The notes below the pieces were generated by a model, which searched no databases, had not been told where the DNA came from, and was given only the letters and a program-made list of their open reading frames with translations. This document shows, piece by piece, positions 37,061 to 46,071 of a stretch of DNA of 64,000 bases; the first letter of the stretch is position 1, and every line of letters starts with the position of its first letter. A program made the position numbers and the translations under genes. The DNA is from a virus (taxonomy: Duplodnaviria > Caudoviricetes). Location: positions 160,001 to 224,000 of IMG/VR virus record IMGVR_UViG_3300037067_027616. One strand, given 5' to 3'.

Positions 37061-37648
37061 TTATTCCCCCAATATTGTAGGATCTTTTCCATAAAGTTTG
37101 AGCATCCGCTCGGCATCGGCCCAAGTGTATAGTCCGGGAAGGTAGTGGCCCCCGAATCTTCTCGATACATTTATAAGCCTCAAAGACAGGGCCTTTTGAA
37201 AGCGTTGCTGTATGTCAAAACAGAGGTCACGGGATTTCTTGTCAGTGCAACGGACGCACATGTCCCACCCGTCTTCGCCTGCGCCTATGTTTCTTATGAC
37301 AAAACTCTGCGATCGGAAGTAGTCCCTTACGGAAACAGCGAGGGCGCCGGCTCTTTCAAGCATGCCATCGGAGTCGTTCGTTTTGATGGCCTCGTCCATT
37401 GTTTCCGTGGAAACACCTTGTTTTCCCACAACAGTCACGAGCCAAGATTCAAGTATGTCAAAGAATTGAGGCATAGCCGCCAACCTGTTTCCGAATTCGG
37501 CCGTGTTTGCTCGGAGATACTGCATACGCTTATCATACACCGCCTTGACCTCAAGGTCATCAAGATGATCCTTGTGTTTGTCATACAGGTTCTTCTCGTA
37601 GACCATGAGATAACTCATGGTGATGGTCGCCTCACTGAGTTCCATCAT
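37061..37648 (-). CDS. Hypothetical protein
   Basis: 195-aa ORF. Confidence 0.6.
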   Translation of the reverse strand: MMELSEATITMSYLMVYEKNLYDKHKDHLDDLEVKAVYDKRMQYLRANTAEFGNRLAAMPQFFDILESWLVTVVGKQGVSTETMDEAIKTNDSDGMLERAGALAVSVRDYFRSQSFVIRNIGAGEDGWDMCVRCTDKKSRDLCFDIQQRFQKALSLRLINVSRRFGGHYLPGLYTWADAERMLKLYGKDPTILGE

Positions 37649-38169
37649 AGTATGTCTCCAGACACGGTGAAACGGGCGCGCGACGTCAAAGACGTGGTGC
37701 CATATACAAATATACTTTCGTGTAGCTTTATTTTAACCTAATGCTGTTTTTGTGGGGCGGGTTCGTTCAACATCTGGAACGATGCTTCATTGAGGTAGGA
37801 CACTGTATCCATGAGGTTTCGGCATTCGAGCAGATCGTTGCCGTGTATGTTGGGGGTACTTTTGGTGGCAAGTTTGTATGATTTTAGTGTACGATTGGTC
37901 GGTTTTACCATACTGTTTTGTGCAGGCTCAGGGAAACTGACTGAAGGTTGTTCCGCGAACACAGGTACGTTACCAAGAGTCACCCCAAGGTCAAATTGCG
38001 ACAAACGCGACTGGGTTTTCGCTATGGAGACACAGGAAAACCACACGACAATAACCATGAGGGAGGTCAAAGCGAAATAATATTTTTTCATACGCCTTCA
38101 CCTTTCCACACGTGGAAGGAGTATGAGAACTTTATTAAAAATGCGAAGTGTTGCTTCGCATTTATATGA

Positions 38170-38246
38170 TGGTCGGGGCGACTGGATTCGAACCAGCGAC
38201 CACTTGGACCCCATCCAAGTGCCCTACCAGACTGGGCCACGCCCCG
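38170..38246 (-). tRNA. tRNA-Pro(GGG)
   Basis: CGGGGCG acceptor, loop AT-GGG-GT, CCA. Confidence 0.92.
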
Positions 38247-38261
38247 ACGATATCACGTCAT

Positions 38262-38666
38262 TCAACCCTTAACGAGTTCGAGCAAATGGGTACACGGCTT
38301 ATTTTCGGAGTGTTCCGATACGACGCACCCGCATACAGTGCATATGATAGTTTTCGGCTTCAAAGGGCAGGTTATGACACGGTCATATGCTTTTAACAAC
38401 TCTTTTACCAAGTTTGGCTTATGCATTACCAAATTCTCCTTCTCATTTTTTGAGAACTTCTTGATGACGCATTCTCTTTTCAAAGCCGCGCTGCGACTGC
38501 TACACTCCTCCACGTGTACAAGCCTTACTGGCAGTCCCAAGGCCTTCACCGATCGGGCACCTTTACCGGCGTTGTGGGTGGCGACCCTGCGTGGTACGTC
38601 ACAGGTCATTCCCGTGTAGAGAGCGCCTTTGGAGCATCGGACCATGTAGACGTACCAAGATTTCAT
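38262..38666 (-). CDS. GIY-YIG nuclease (YhbQ-like)
   Basis: WYVYMVRC..G.LYTG.T....R...HN.GKGA, RSAALKRE. Confidence 0.88.
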   Translation of the reverse strand: MKSWYVYMVRCSKGALYTGMTCDVPRRVATHNAGKGARSVKALGLPVRLVHVEECSSRSAALKRECVIKKFSKNEKENLVMHKPNLVKELLKAYDRVITCPLKPKTIICTVCGCVVSEHSENKPCTHLLELVKG

Positions 38667-38684
38667 AGAGCCTCATTTAAAAAA

Positions 38685-38786
38685 GATTTGGCGGCTTGCC
38701 CCGTCATGTAGTGGCTGCACCACGGCTGCCACCCTTGGGTGTCTAATCCGGCTTTTTGGTCGCCTCACCGGCAGGGCCGCCAAACC
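38685..38786 (-). ncRNA. Rod-shaped RNA, possibly divergent 4.5S/SRP-like
   Basis: 11-bp terminal stem; A-rich asymmetric loop; apical TAGAC-ACC-CAAG-GGT-GGCAGCC. Confidence 0.35.
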
Positions 38787-38808
38787 CTGTATGACTTTCC
38801 TTTCAAGA

Positions 38809-38884
38809 TGGCTGGGGCACGAGGGGTCGAACCTCGGACCTTCTGATTCAGAGCCAGACGCTCTACCAACTGAGCTATGCCCCA
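38809..38884 (-). tRNA. tRNA-Gln(CTG)
   Basis: TGGGGCA acceptor, loop CT-CTG-AA, CCA. Confidence 0.92.
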
Positions 38885-38892
38885 CTGTATTC

Positions 38893-38967
38893 TCGGGACA
38901 CTCGGATTCGAACCGAGAGTCTCGCGGACCCGAACCGCGCGCGTTAGCCAGGTTACGCTATGTCCCG
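38893..38967 (-). tRNA. tRNA-Pro(CGG)
   Basis: Loop TT-CGG-GT; no encoded CCA. Confidence 0.9.
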
Positions 38968-39050
38968 TTGTAATCATTGCAGAGGTACCATACCCGTTTC
39001 GGTTTTTCGACCCTTCAGGTACGGCGTGGTATGATACCTCTACATCTTAC

Positions 39051-39126
39051 TGGCTGGGGTGGCAGGACTCGAACCTGCGACACCGACCTTCAAAGGGTCG
39101 TGTTCTAGCCACTGAACTACACCCCA
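39051..39126 (-). tRNA. tRNA-Gln(TTG)
   Basis: Loop CT-TTG-AA, CCA. Confidence 0.92.
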
Positions 39127-39133
39127 TCATATT

Positions 39134-39212
39134 TGGTCGGGATGACTGGATTCGAACCAGCGACCCCTTGCTCCCAAGGCAAGTGCTCTAAACCAGACTG
39201 AGCTACATCCCG
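39134..39212 (-). tRNA. tRNA-Pro(TGG)
   Basis: Loop CT-TGG-GA, CCA. Confidence 0.93.
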
Positions 39213-39686
39213 ATATCAATTTTACTCATCGTGACTTCGTACGGTGACAGGTAGTACCTTCCGACCCTGTAATCCGCGTATCCTTCCTTCCTGTCGCCTT
39301 TGAAGCTCCTCGGGCCTGCAGGAGGGTTAGGAAGGTCTTCTACGGTCTTCCTCTGGTCGTACAGCATGAGTCGGCTTCCATCCCTCGCGTACCACTTGTC
39401 GTAGTACCCGATCCTGACACGCTCTCGCTCCCAGGCATCCCAAAGAACTTGCTCCTTCAAGAGTTCCAAATACGCCCCATGGTCACCGTACACGACCCTG
39501 AGGTATCCTTTCGCCACCAAAGTACCCCGCGTAGTGAAGAAGTGCATCGCCGGGGAACCTCCCTCGACCAGGTCAGTGTCCCTCTCCAACGCTTCCTTCT
39601 CCTCCATACGGTTCGGGTAGACGGCCGTTGTCCTGAACGGCTCACCTGTCGTGCATGTGTAGAAGGTGGTCACGTTTAGAATATAA

Positions 39687-39777
39687 TGGCTGGCACGGAG
39701 AGATTTGAACTCCCGATGGGCTTTCGCCACGGCGGATTAACAGTCCGCTGCCTTAGACCAAACTAGGCTACGTGCCA
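39687..39777 (-). tRNA. tRNA-Asn(GTT) with a long variable arm
   Basis: Loop CT-GTT-AA; GGC-GAAA-GCC extra arm; CCA. Confidence 0.87.
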
Positions 39778-39801
39778 TTGTGTCCTGTCAAAGAACAAAA
39801 G

Positions 39802-39838
39802 AAAAACCCCGGCGATCCTTTCGGTCCGCCGGGGTCTT
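39802..39838 (-). terminator. Attenuator terminator of tRNA block 3
   Basis: ACCCCGGCGGACC-GAAA-GGATCGCCGGGGT followed by TTTT. Confidence 0.88.
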
Positions 39839-39859
39839 GTGTTCTGGTCTTCAGTTAAT

Positions 39860-39940
39860 TCAGAGCGTGCGACCGAACCCCAACGGACTTTTGTTCCGCG
39901 GTTGCTGATTGGGGTTTGGGTTCTGAACGAACAAAAACAT
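39860..39940 (-). CDS. Leader peptide 3 (MFLFVQNPNPNQQPRNKSPLGFGRTL)
   Basis: AGGAG SD; CAG/CAA/AAC/CCA/CCC/CCG cluster; contains the antiterminator strand. Confidence 0.88.
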   Translation of the reverse strand: MFLFVQNPNPNQQPRNKSPLGFGRTL

Positions 39941-39962
39941 GGTTTATTCTCCTGTGGTGTTA

Positions 39963-39991
39963 AATATACACCTATCGGGACAAATTGTCAA
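39963..39991 (-). promoter_or_regulatory. Promoter of tRNA block 3
   Basis: TTGACA-17-TATATT. Confidence 0.88.
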
Positions 39992-40331
39992 CCTCTTTTT
40001 TCATTCTTTTGATCTTCCTTGCCAAAAATGCGCGCTCAAGTCCTTTTATGTCGCGGGTGATAGCGTACTCTACACGCTTCTGCCTGTACCCGGAAACTTT
40101 GAGAGTATCGACAGAAAGGAGTGTGACCCCATCCATATTAATGCGGTCAGTCAACCCCACATACACAGTGAATCGCGGAGCGCAGGAAACTAGAAGCAAC
40201 AACATCGCCATTGCGGCGACTATCTTGAAATTCATCGAAAGTCCTTTGTTTCAGGAATAATGACAAAAATGTGGTCTTATCGGGGATATGCTTGTTGCTA
40301 TGATATCCGTAAACGTGCAGCTACGACAATG

Positions 40332-40928
40332 TCATTCTATGATTTTCTTGGCTTCTGCGCGTCCCTCGTCAAGAAGCTTCTCATCTTTGAGGTCAAGCAC
40401 GGAAAGCAACTGTTGTAATTCTCCGGCATGTACCTTTTCCTCATCAGCGATATCACCCAAAAGTTCCTTTACATCGGCGTTCTCACAGCTGTCGATGATG
40501 AGTTCGTAAAGGTGCACCGCGTCCTGCTCTGCTGATATTGCAAGGCGTATAGCCCTGGCTGTTTCGCGTTGGTCGAGGGGCTTGTCCGTCTTGAGGAGGG
40601 ATCCTATGGATGAGAAGTCCATCGCCTGCTTCTCGGCGCCGGACTCCATCTTCTTCAGCCGCGTGTAATAGTCCTTAAACTCCCGAAGATGCGCTTGGGC
40701 GACCATTTCGTAAAACTGATCTTCGGTGACGGGCATCTTTACGCCAGCATCCTCGAAAGCTTTATTGAACAAATCGAAGATGTCTTTGTGTTCCTTCTCG
40801 ACCTCTTTGCCCATGGACAACTGTTTATTGCTGGGTTTGTCCGCCGCCATCTTTTCCAAATATGAACGCACCACATCCCGTGCTATTGCAGGGCTTTCCA
40901 TAATCACCGCCTTGTTTGTTACACACAA
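40332..40928 (-). CDS. DUF5661-like domain fused to a ferritin-like (rubrerythrin/Flp-type) domain
   Basis: MGKEVEKEH...AHLRE..DYYTRLKKME; AEQDAVHLYE...IADEEKVHAGE. Confidence 0.75.
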   Translation of the reverse strand: MCVTNKAVIMESPAIARDVVRSYLEKMAADKPSNKQLSMGKEVEKEHKDIFDLFNKAFEDAGVKMPVTEDQFYEMVAQAHLREFKDYYTRLKKMESGAEKQAMDFSSIGSLLKTDKPLDQRETARAIRLAISAEQDAVHLYELIIDSCENADVKELLGDIADEEKVHAGELQQLLSVLDLKDEKLLDEGRAEAKKIIE

Positions 40929-41218
40929 GGCGTTCTATATTAGAAGAGAATTAGTTAAATTCTTGGGGCGTTCCGAGCCGTTCCAAGATACCGATGGCGT
41001 GTTCCGGGTAAAGTTCCTTCAAACACTCGGGGCATATACTATGCGTAACTATTTTGCGCGGGGCTACGGCGAGGAGTTCTTTGCCTTCGCACCAATAGCC
41101 GTCATCGGTGCGTATCCGCCGACACGAACAACAGGAAGTTACGAGGAAGTTAAGCGGTTTAGTACCAGGTTGTGACATAGCGGGTAGTGGGTACATGAAT
41201 AGGAAATTACATCCGGTA

Positions 41219-41704
41219 CTACCCGTGCGCAAGATCGTCACGCACCTTCGTGAGGGTCTGCCCGAGCCAGTTGGTGCCTTTCCAATTCTTTGGGTCGTCA
41301 CACAGGGTCGACTTCCAATGGAGTCCGATGCCCCAGATGCAGTCTTGGGGGCTTGCCTCAACGATCGTGCGGGTGCCTGTCGACAGAAGTTCCTCCTTCA
41401 AATCCTTGTTCTGGCTGTACTTGGCCAAACACCCCTTGTACATGATGTCGAGAGCCTTGCCGTCCCATGTGTCCTTGTCGAATCCGCGTACGGCACGGCC
41501 GCATTGCTTTTGATAACCGGGATCATCGGAGGACATGATCTCGTTGAGCGTCTCTGTATCTCCGAACATGCGGGCCTTCTCGGCCATGAGATACTGCTCG
41601 GAGCAATTGTACTTGATGCCGTCGACCTCGAACCCGCAAGGGTGCCAATTGCTGAACGAGCACCCTTTTCCCCAGAAGAACACATACTTGTCGGTCATCC
41701 TCAT
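41219..41704 (-). CDS. NADAR (YbiA-like) family protein
   Basis: FSNWHP, SEQYLMAEKA.MFGD, GRAV.GF, EASP.D.IWGIG, G.NWLG. Confidence 0.92.
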   Translation of the reverse strand: MRMTDKYVFFWGKGCSFSNWHPCGFEVDGIKYNCSEQYLMAEKARMFGDTETLNEIMSSDDPGYQKQCGRAVRGFDKDTWDGKALDIMYKGCLAKYSQNKDLKEELLSTGTRTIVEASPQDCIWGIGLHWKSTLCDDPKNWKGTNWLGQTLTKVRDDLAHG

Positions 41705-41713
41705 AGGTTACTC

Positions 41714-42334
41714 CTATACGAGTCTGTTGAACATTGCTTGGTCATCGCCGCATTTCTCTTTAAGTTTGGCTAACCACGCGCGGGTCTTTACCTTGAACAT
41801 CTCTGGATTCTGCTGTTTGCCTTGGACCTTCATCTTGCAGACAACACCCTCGAAGGTGATGCCAAGCATACGAGAGGAACGGATCTCCTCCTCGACCTCG
41901 GCATTCATGTTACCACGAAATATAAACCTCGCCGTTCCAAGATGCCCGAACAGATCCAAGAACTCGTCAGGGTTGAGGATCCCGTGCTTGAAAGGTTTCA
42001 CATCGATAAGGGTGACATCGTGTGGCTCATCGAGCACGTGCCAACCAGCGAATGAGTGTTGACCCCAAAATTCAAAAAAAGCTGTAGCCTCGTGCCAACG
42101 GTTTTTTTCAAATACGTGACACATGCCTTCTTCATACTTCTCCTGTATAATCCCGATGGCATCCCCTAAAAACGGATGGCCCCCGTCCATGAGTTGGGTG
42201 CGGCTACCGTATTTGTAAAATTGGCCCTTCTTGCGGCGCCATTCGGCACGGATGTTGGATCCGTCCAATTTATCAAAGGCGTATACCGGGACTCCATAGT
42301 GTGGTATCCGCGGTATGGAAGGATATTCTTTCAT
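41714..42334 (-). CDS. RNA ligase-like nucleotidyltransferase
   Basis: YPSI, KLDGSN, FFEFWG, EGVV, FK.K; start taken at MKEYPSI. Confidence 0.7.
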   Translation of the reverse strand: MKEYPSIPRIPHYGVPVYAFDKLDGSNIRAEWRRKKGQFYKYGSRTQLMDGGHPFLGDAIGIIQEKYEEGMCHVFEKNRWHEATAFFEFWGQHSFAGWHVLDEPHDVTLIDVKPFKHGILNPDEFLDLFGHLGTARFIFRGNMNAEVEEEIRSSRMLGITFEGVVCKMKVQGKQQNPEMFKVKTRAWLAKLKEKCGDDQAMFNRLV

Positions 42335-42351
42335 AAAATTTCTATTTGAAG

Positions 42352-42426
42352 TGGTACGCCTGCCAGGACTTGAACCTGGGTAACTGGTTTCGTAGACCAG
42401 GGCCTGATCCGCTAGGCTACAGGCGC
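42352..42426 (-). tRNA. tRNA-Arg(ACG)
   Basis: Loop CT-ACG-AA, CCA. Confidence 0.92.
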
Positions 42427-43062
42427 ACAAGTTTTGTCCCACTCGGCTCTCAAAAAATCGTACAAACCTTTTATCTTTTGTAGGGCTTTTGTGTCTGTGA
42501 TAACCATCTTGAATGTTCCATAGTTACTTCTTCTAGGACTTACGTTACCCCCTTTTTCATAAGAATGAATATCGTCAACTTTTATTTTCATTTGGTCCGC
42601 CCAATATTTTTTCATTTCTTCAGTAACACTGTGACCAATTAAAACGTATCTTGGGTTTTTTACAGAAAATAATGTAATGTATTTGGCAAAAAGTTTCATT
42701 ATTGATGGGTCAGTGTTTGTAAAGTCTATGGTGTTTTTAGATTTTTTGTAACCTTCTGCTAAATACATTACAATAAAATCCCTAACTCCTTTGTTTGAAA
42801 GTATCTCTTCAGCATTGTCATAGCCTTCTCTGTAACAGCCATCTCTGATTTTCCTATACTTTTCAACTAATACCACGACTGCTACTTTCCTAGCACGCTC
42901 AAGAGACTCGCTCCTTGTTATCCTATTGAAACCGAAACCACGAAGCCAATAAAACACTGTAGATTTTCTTCGCCCTAAAATAGATGCTATCTCGTCAATT
43001 GTTTTACCGCTTCTCTTCAGTTCTACAGCTTTTTCTTTCTCCTGCTTGCTGCCTCTTCTCAT
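42412..43062 (-). CDS. HTH plus LAGLIDADG-like putative homing endonuclease
   Basis: N-terminal HTH (G.TI.EIA..LG..KSTV..W); MYLAEG.K...F.N.D motif; visibly AT-richer than its flanks; stop lies inside tRNA-Arg. Confidence 0.6.
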   Translation of the reverse strand: MRRGSKQEKEKAVELKRSGKTIDEIASILGRRKSTVFYWLRGFGFNRITRSESLERARKVAVVVLVEKYRKIRDGCYREGYDNAEEILSNKGVRDFIVMYLAEGYKKSKNTIDFTNTDPSIMKLFAKYITLFSVKNPRYVLIGHSVTEEMKKYWADQMKIKVDDIHSYEKGGNVSPRRSNYGTFKMVITDTKALQKIKGLYDFLRAEWDKTCAPVA

Positions 43063-43134
43063 TTGAACCTCCTATCGGATGGTGTAGGCCACACGAATGA
43101 AAGTTCAAATAGAAGATTATTACAAATTGTCACA

Positions 43135-43172
43135 TCGTAGCCTGGTATTCTATCCAGTTGAGCTACGGACGC
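43135..43172 (-). pseudogene. 5' half of a tRNA-Arg(ACG), truncated just after the anticodon
   Basis: GCGTCCGTAGCTCAACTGGATAGAATACCAGGCTACGA followed by unrelated AT-rich sequence. Confidence 0.8.
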
Positions 43173-43179
43173 ATGTTTC

Positions 43180-43449
43180 CTACAATTTCTGTCTTCCCTC
43201 CACCAACTTGTCATCGATGATGATGTACCCTTGTTGTGAAAACGGCTTGTGTATGATGCCCCTGAATCGTAACCCTTGCGATTTGAGGGCACATATCCAT
43301 TCGGTGTTTTCCGGCCGACACGTAAACAGCCACACTTCATTTCCTTCAGAGATGATGGTGTTGACCTTTTCCACCACCCCCGGGAACAACTCGTCAGAGC
43401 CACTAGGTACGATCGTGTTGTCCACGTCCAACAGGTAGCACAACCCCAT
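43180..43449 (-). CDS. Small HAD-like protein
   Basis: LLDVDNTI, FTCR, KP....IIDD. Confidence 0.65.
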   Translation of the reverse strand: MGLCYLLDVDNTIVPSGSDELFPGVVEKVNTIISEGNEVWLFTCRPENTEWICALKSQGLRFRGIIHKPFSQQGYIIIDDKLVEGRQKL

Positions 43450-43714
43450 TCTAGCCCCTATTCTATATCTTCAAAGGTTCAACGGTAACGAACTTCTTTC
43501 CTATGTGGCTCATGGTTTTTTCCTCATACCCACATTTCTTGCATTTGACTTTCCCAGACCACGGTCCCCACGCGAGCGCCGAAATGACTACGATTTGGTC
43601 GTTACCACATTTGGTGCATGTGTCACCGTTCGGGGCTGGTCGTTCCACAGGAAGCATGGGCTTCAAGACGATTTCTTTGACGGCTTCTAACGTTTTCCTA
43701 TTCACAAATGCCTC

Positions 43715-44302
43715 CTACCCTACGAAAAAGTAGTCCACTGTCTTATCCCCGTACACCGACTCCGCCGCCTTCTCCTTTGAATCGTAAGAAGCCAGGCGGT
43801 ACATGTTTGACATTACTCTCCATTGGTCATCTTCATATACGAGAAGTATTGCGTGTCCTCGCCTTTTACCGTCCTTGCGTCCGTGGCACACAGCCATGAC
43901 ACATTTTTTATTTCCCCGCAGGACTTCCCACGACAAGAGTGCAAAATCCTCACAATCTCCACCCCATTTTGCTGCCGTAAGCCAAGGCTTGCTGTAGCAA
44001 TTAATTTTGTCTTTCCGCCACACAAAACCATATTCTGAATACCAAGCCTTCAACGTGATCGTATCATTTACTTTCTTGCGGGCCTCTTTTATCAAGTGCA
44101 TGCCCCACTGTTTCCGTTTGGCATTGAGCAGGCCCTCGATACCTCCCGACAGAAAGATGTAGGGTTTTGCCGTCAACGGACCGTACCACTTGATAAACCA
44201 TCTCCACAACCTCACGACTTGACCTCTCCTGTTTCGATCGGTATAATAAAAAGATCCGGCATGGTATCTACCTTTTCGTACTGCTGATGACGAGCAAGCC
44301 AC
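43715..44302 (-). CDS. Transglutaminase-like cysteine protease domain protein (true start probably downstream)
   Basis: GDCEDFA...GHAIL. Confidence 0.6.
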   Translation of the reverse strand: MACSSSAVRKGRYHAGSFYYTDRNRRGQVVRLWRWFIKWYGPLTAKPYIFLSGGIEGLLNAKRKQWGMHLIKEARKKVNDTITLKAWYSEYGFVWRKDKINCYSKPWLTAAKWGGDCEDFALLSWEVLRGNKKCVMAVCHGRKDGKRRGHAILLVYEDDQWRVMSNMYRLASYDSKEKAAESVYGDKTVDYFFVG

Positions 44303-44541
44303 TTTACCACCACGTGAACCTCATGCTCCCCGAGTTCTGCCTGCCAATAGGAGTTGTCACCGTCTGTAAGCCTTTGTGACCCGTTTCTCTCCGCTATCTC
44401 CTTGAGGAACCCCAACATGTCCATCATCCAGGAGTGCCTTGAAGAATTCGTGTCTGCGATGTTTGGTACCCGGATGAGGTTCCCTTCAAACCAATACCTC
44501 AATGTTTCCTTTTTTCTTGCCACTGTGCACCCCTTTTCTTT

Positions 44542-44619
44542 TGGTACCCGCGGTGCGACTTGAACGCACGATCTTTGCCTTCGGAGGGCAATGTTTTGAT
44601 CCAACTAAACTACGCGGGC
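44542..44619 (-). tRNA. tRNA-Arg(CCG)
   Basis: Loop CT-CCG-AA, CCA. Confidence 0.92.
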
Positions 44620-44810
44620 ATTGTTCGCTCATCCCGTATTTTCTTTTCAACCAACCCCTTTTTCCCATTTCAGCACACAATCCTTGGAACATTTTTCGGT
44701 CGTCTCCGGAAAGACCAAACTCGCGGCCTTTAGTAAACAGTCCCCGGAAGTCATCAAACAAATATTCATCAGACATCTTCGACAAGTCTTCCACAATGTC
44801 CTTCAATCTA

Positions 44811-44887
44811 TGGTGGGCCCGGCCCGGCTTGAACGGGCGACCTCCTGCATGTCGAGCAGGCACTCTAGCCAACTGAGCTACGAGCCC
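44811..44887 (-). tRNA. tRNA-Val(GAC)
   Basis: Loop TC-GAC-AT (C33), CCA. Confidence 0.9.
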
Positions 44888-44893
44888 ACGTAT

Positions 44894-44970
44894 TGGTACC
44901 CCCTCCCGGAGTCGAACCGGGTACCTACTGATTAAGAGTCAGTTGCTCTAGCCAAATGAGCTAAGGAGGC
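44894..44970 (-). tRNA. tRNA-Lys(CTT)
   Basis: Loop CT-CTT-AA, CCA. Confidence 0.93.
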
Positions 44971-45379
44971 ATGAATTATCCGTTGAACTCCTCTTCGTTC
45001 TCTTTTTCTTTGGTTTCGTCCACACTATCCACGAGTACCTTCTCGATGCTGTCACAAAATTTACGTATGCTCGATACCAACAATTCCCTTTGCGCCTTGT
45101 TGACCTTTTTCATGAATTCACCGAAAATGGCGTTGAACTCCTCATCTGCAAACATTTTCTTTTCCATCTCGGAAGCAATAGTTCCGAGAGCATTGATTTG
45201 CAACTCACGCCATTTCCAAACCATGTCGCGCATAAACTTTTTAGGATCTTCTGTCAGCACGGCCATCGTCTTCAGCACAGACATCGCCACGAAGAACGTG
45301 AAGTCGTTTCTGAGTTCCCTCAATGCCTCTCCACTCACGTTCTCCTCGGTACCCATTCATCGTACCTTTCGTTTTGATT

Positions 45380-45457
45380 TGGTAGGCGCGAGAGGACTTG
45401 AACCTCCGACCCTCGGTTTGTAGGACCGATGCTCTGTACCAACTGAGCTACGCGCCT
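45380..45457 (-). tRNA. tRNA-Val(TAC)
   Basis: Loop CC-TAC-AA (C33), CCA. Confidence 0.9.
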
Positions 45458-45834
45458 TCAATATCTTCTCCTTCTTGAGTTTTCCGCCGGCCATTTCAGA
45501 CCAATACTCTACATCGAGGTCGGGTTTCTCCGCCTTGATGTCTTCAGCTATCTTGCGTCCCATCTCGTACAGTTTCTTCTCGTACTTCTTGAGGACACAG
45601 TAATTGGGTCTTCCCGTCGCCACGTCATCGTAGTAGCGCTCAAATTTATTCAAATCATTTGTGATGCTCTTTGACAACCCAATATCTTCTGGGTCGATCA
45701 TAAAACCCTTGTCCAGGCTCCACAAGCACGAAGAACTGAAGTCAGGCATGACCTTCACTCCCGGGACTTTGTACCGTTTTGACTTTGATTCCTTTGACAT
45801 ATGTTCAAGCCTTTTATTAACAGGTTAGACTTTC

Positions 45835-45909
45835 TGGTACCCCCGGTTGGATTCGAACCAACGACCCCCATCTTAAAAGGATGGTATTCTACCTCTGAAT
45901 TACGGAGGC
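45835..45909 (-). tRNA. tRNA-Lys(TTT)
   Basis: Loop CT-TTT-AA, CCA. Confidence 0.93.
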
Positions 45910-45910
45910 A

Positions 45911-45953
45911 CAAAACAAGAAGGCCCCCGGTGACTTTGTCATCCGGGGGCCTT
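45911..45953 (-). terminator. Attenuator terminator of tRNA block 4
   Basis: AAGGCCCCCGG-ATGAC-aaa-GTCA-CCGGGGGCCTT followed by CTTGTTTT. Confidence 0.85.
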
Positions 45954-45980
45954 AAACCTATTGTGAAGAGATTGAATAGG

Positions 45981-46046
45981 CTACACGACCCCCGATGGCG
46001 TCACCCGGCGCTTGGATACGACTCGTTTTGCCTTCAGTGAGAACAT
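45981..46046 (-). CDS. Leader peptide 4 (MFSLKAKRVVSKRRVTPSGVV)
   Basis: AAG/AAA/GTC/GTA/CGG/CGC/CGA cluster; contains the antiterminator strand. Confidence 0.85.
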   Translation of the reverse strand: MFSLKAKRVVSKRRVTPSGVV

Positions 46047-46071
46047 GGTGCCTTTTTCCCTTCAAAAACAT

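Noticed and set aside
38979-39043. Hairpin between tRNA-Gln(TTG) and tRNA-Pro(CGG) as a distinct ncRNA
   Set aside because: It is a single imperfect stem with no recognisable motif and may just be a processing spacer.
42412-43172. Group I or II intron in tRNA-Arg
   Set aside because: No matching 3' exon for the GCGTCCG acceptor was found. The downstream tRNA is complete on its own, and no intron core was recognisable.
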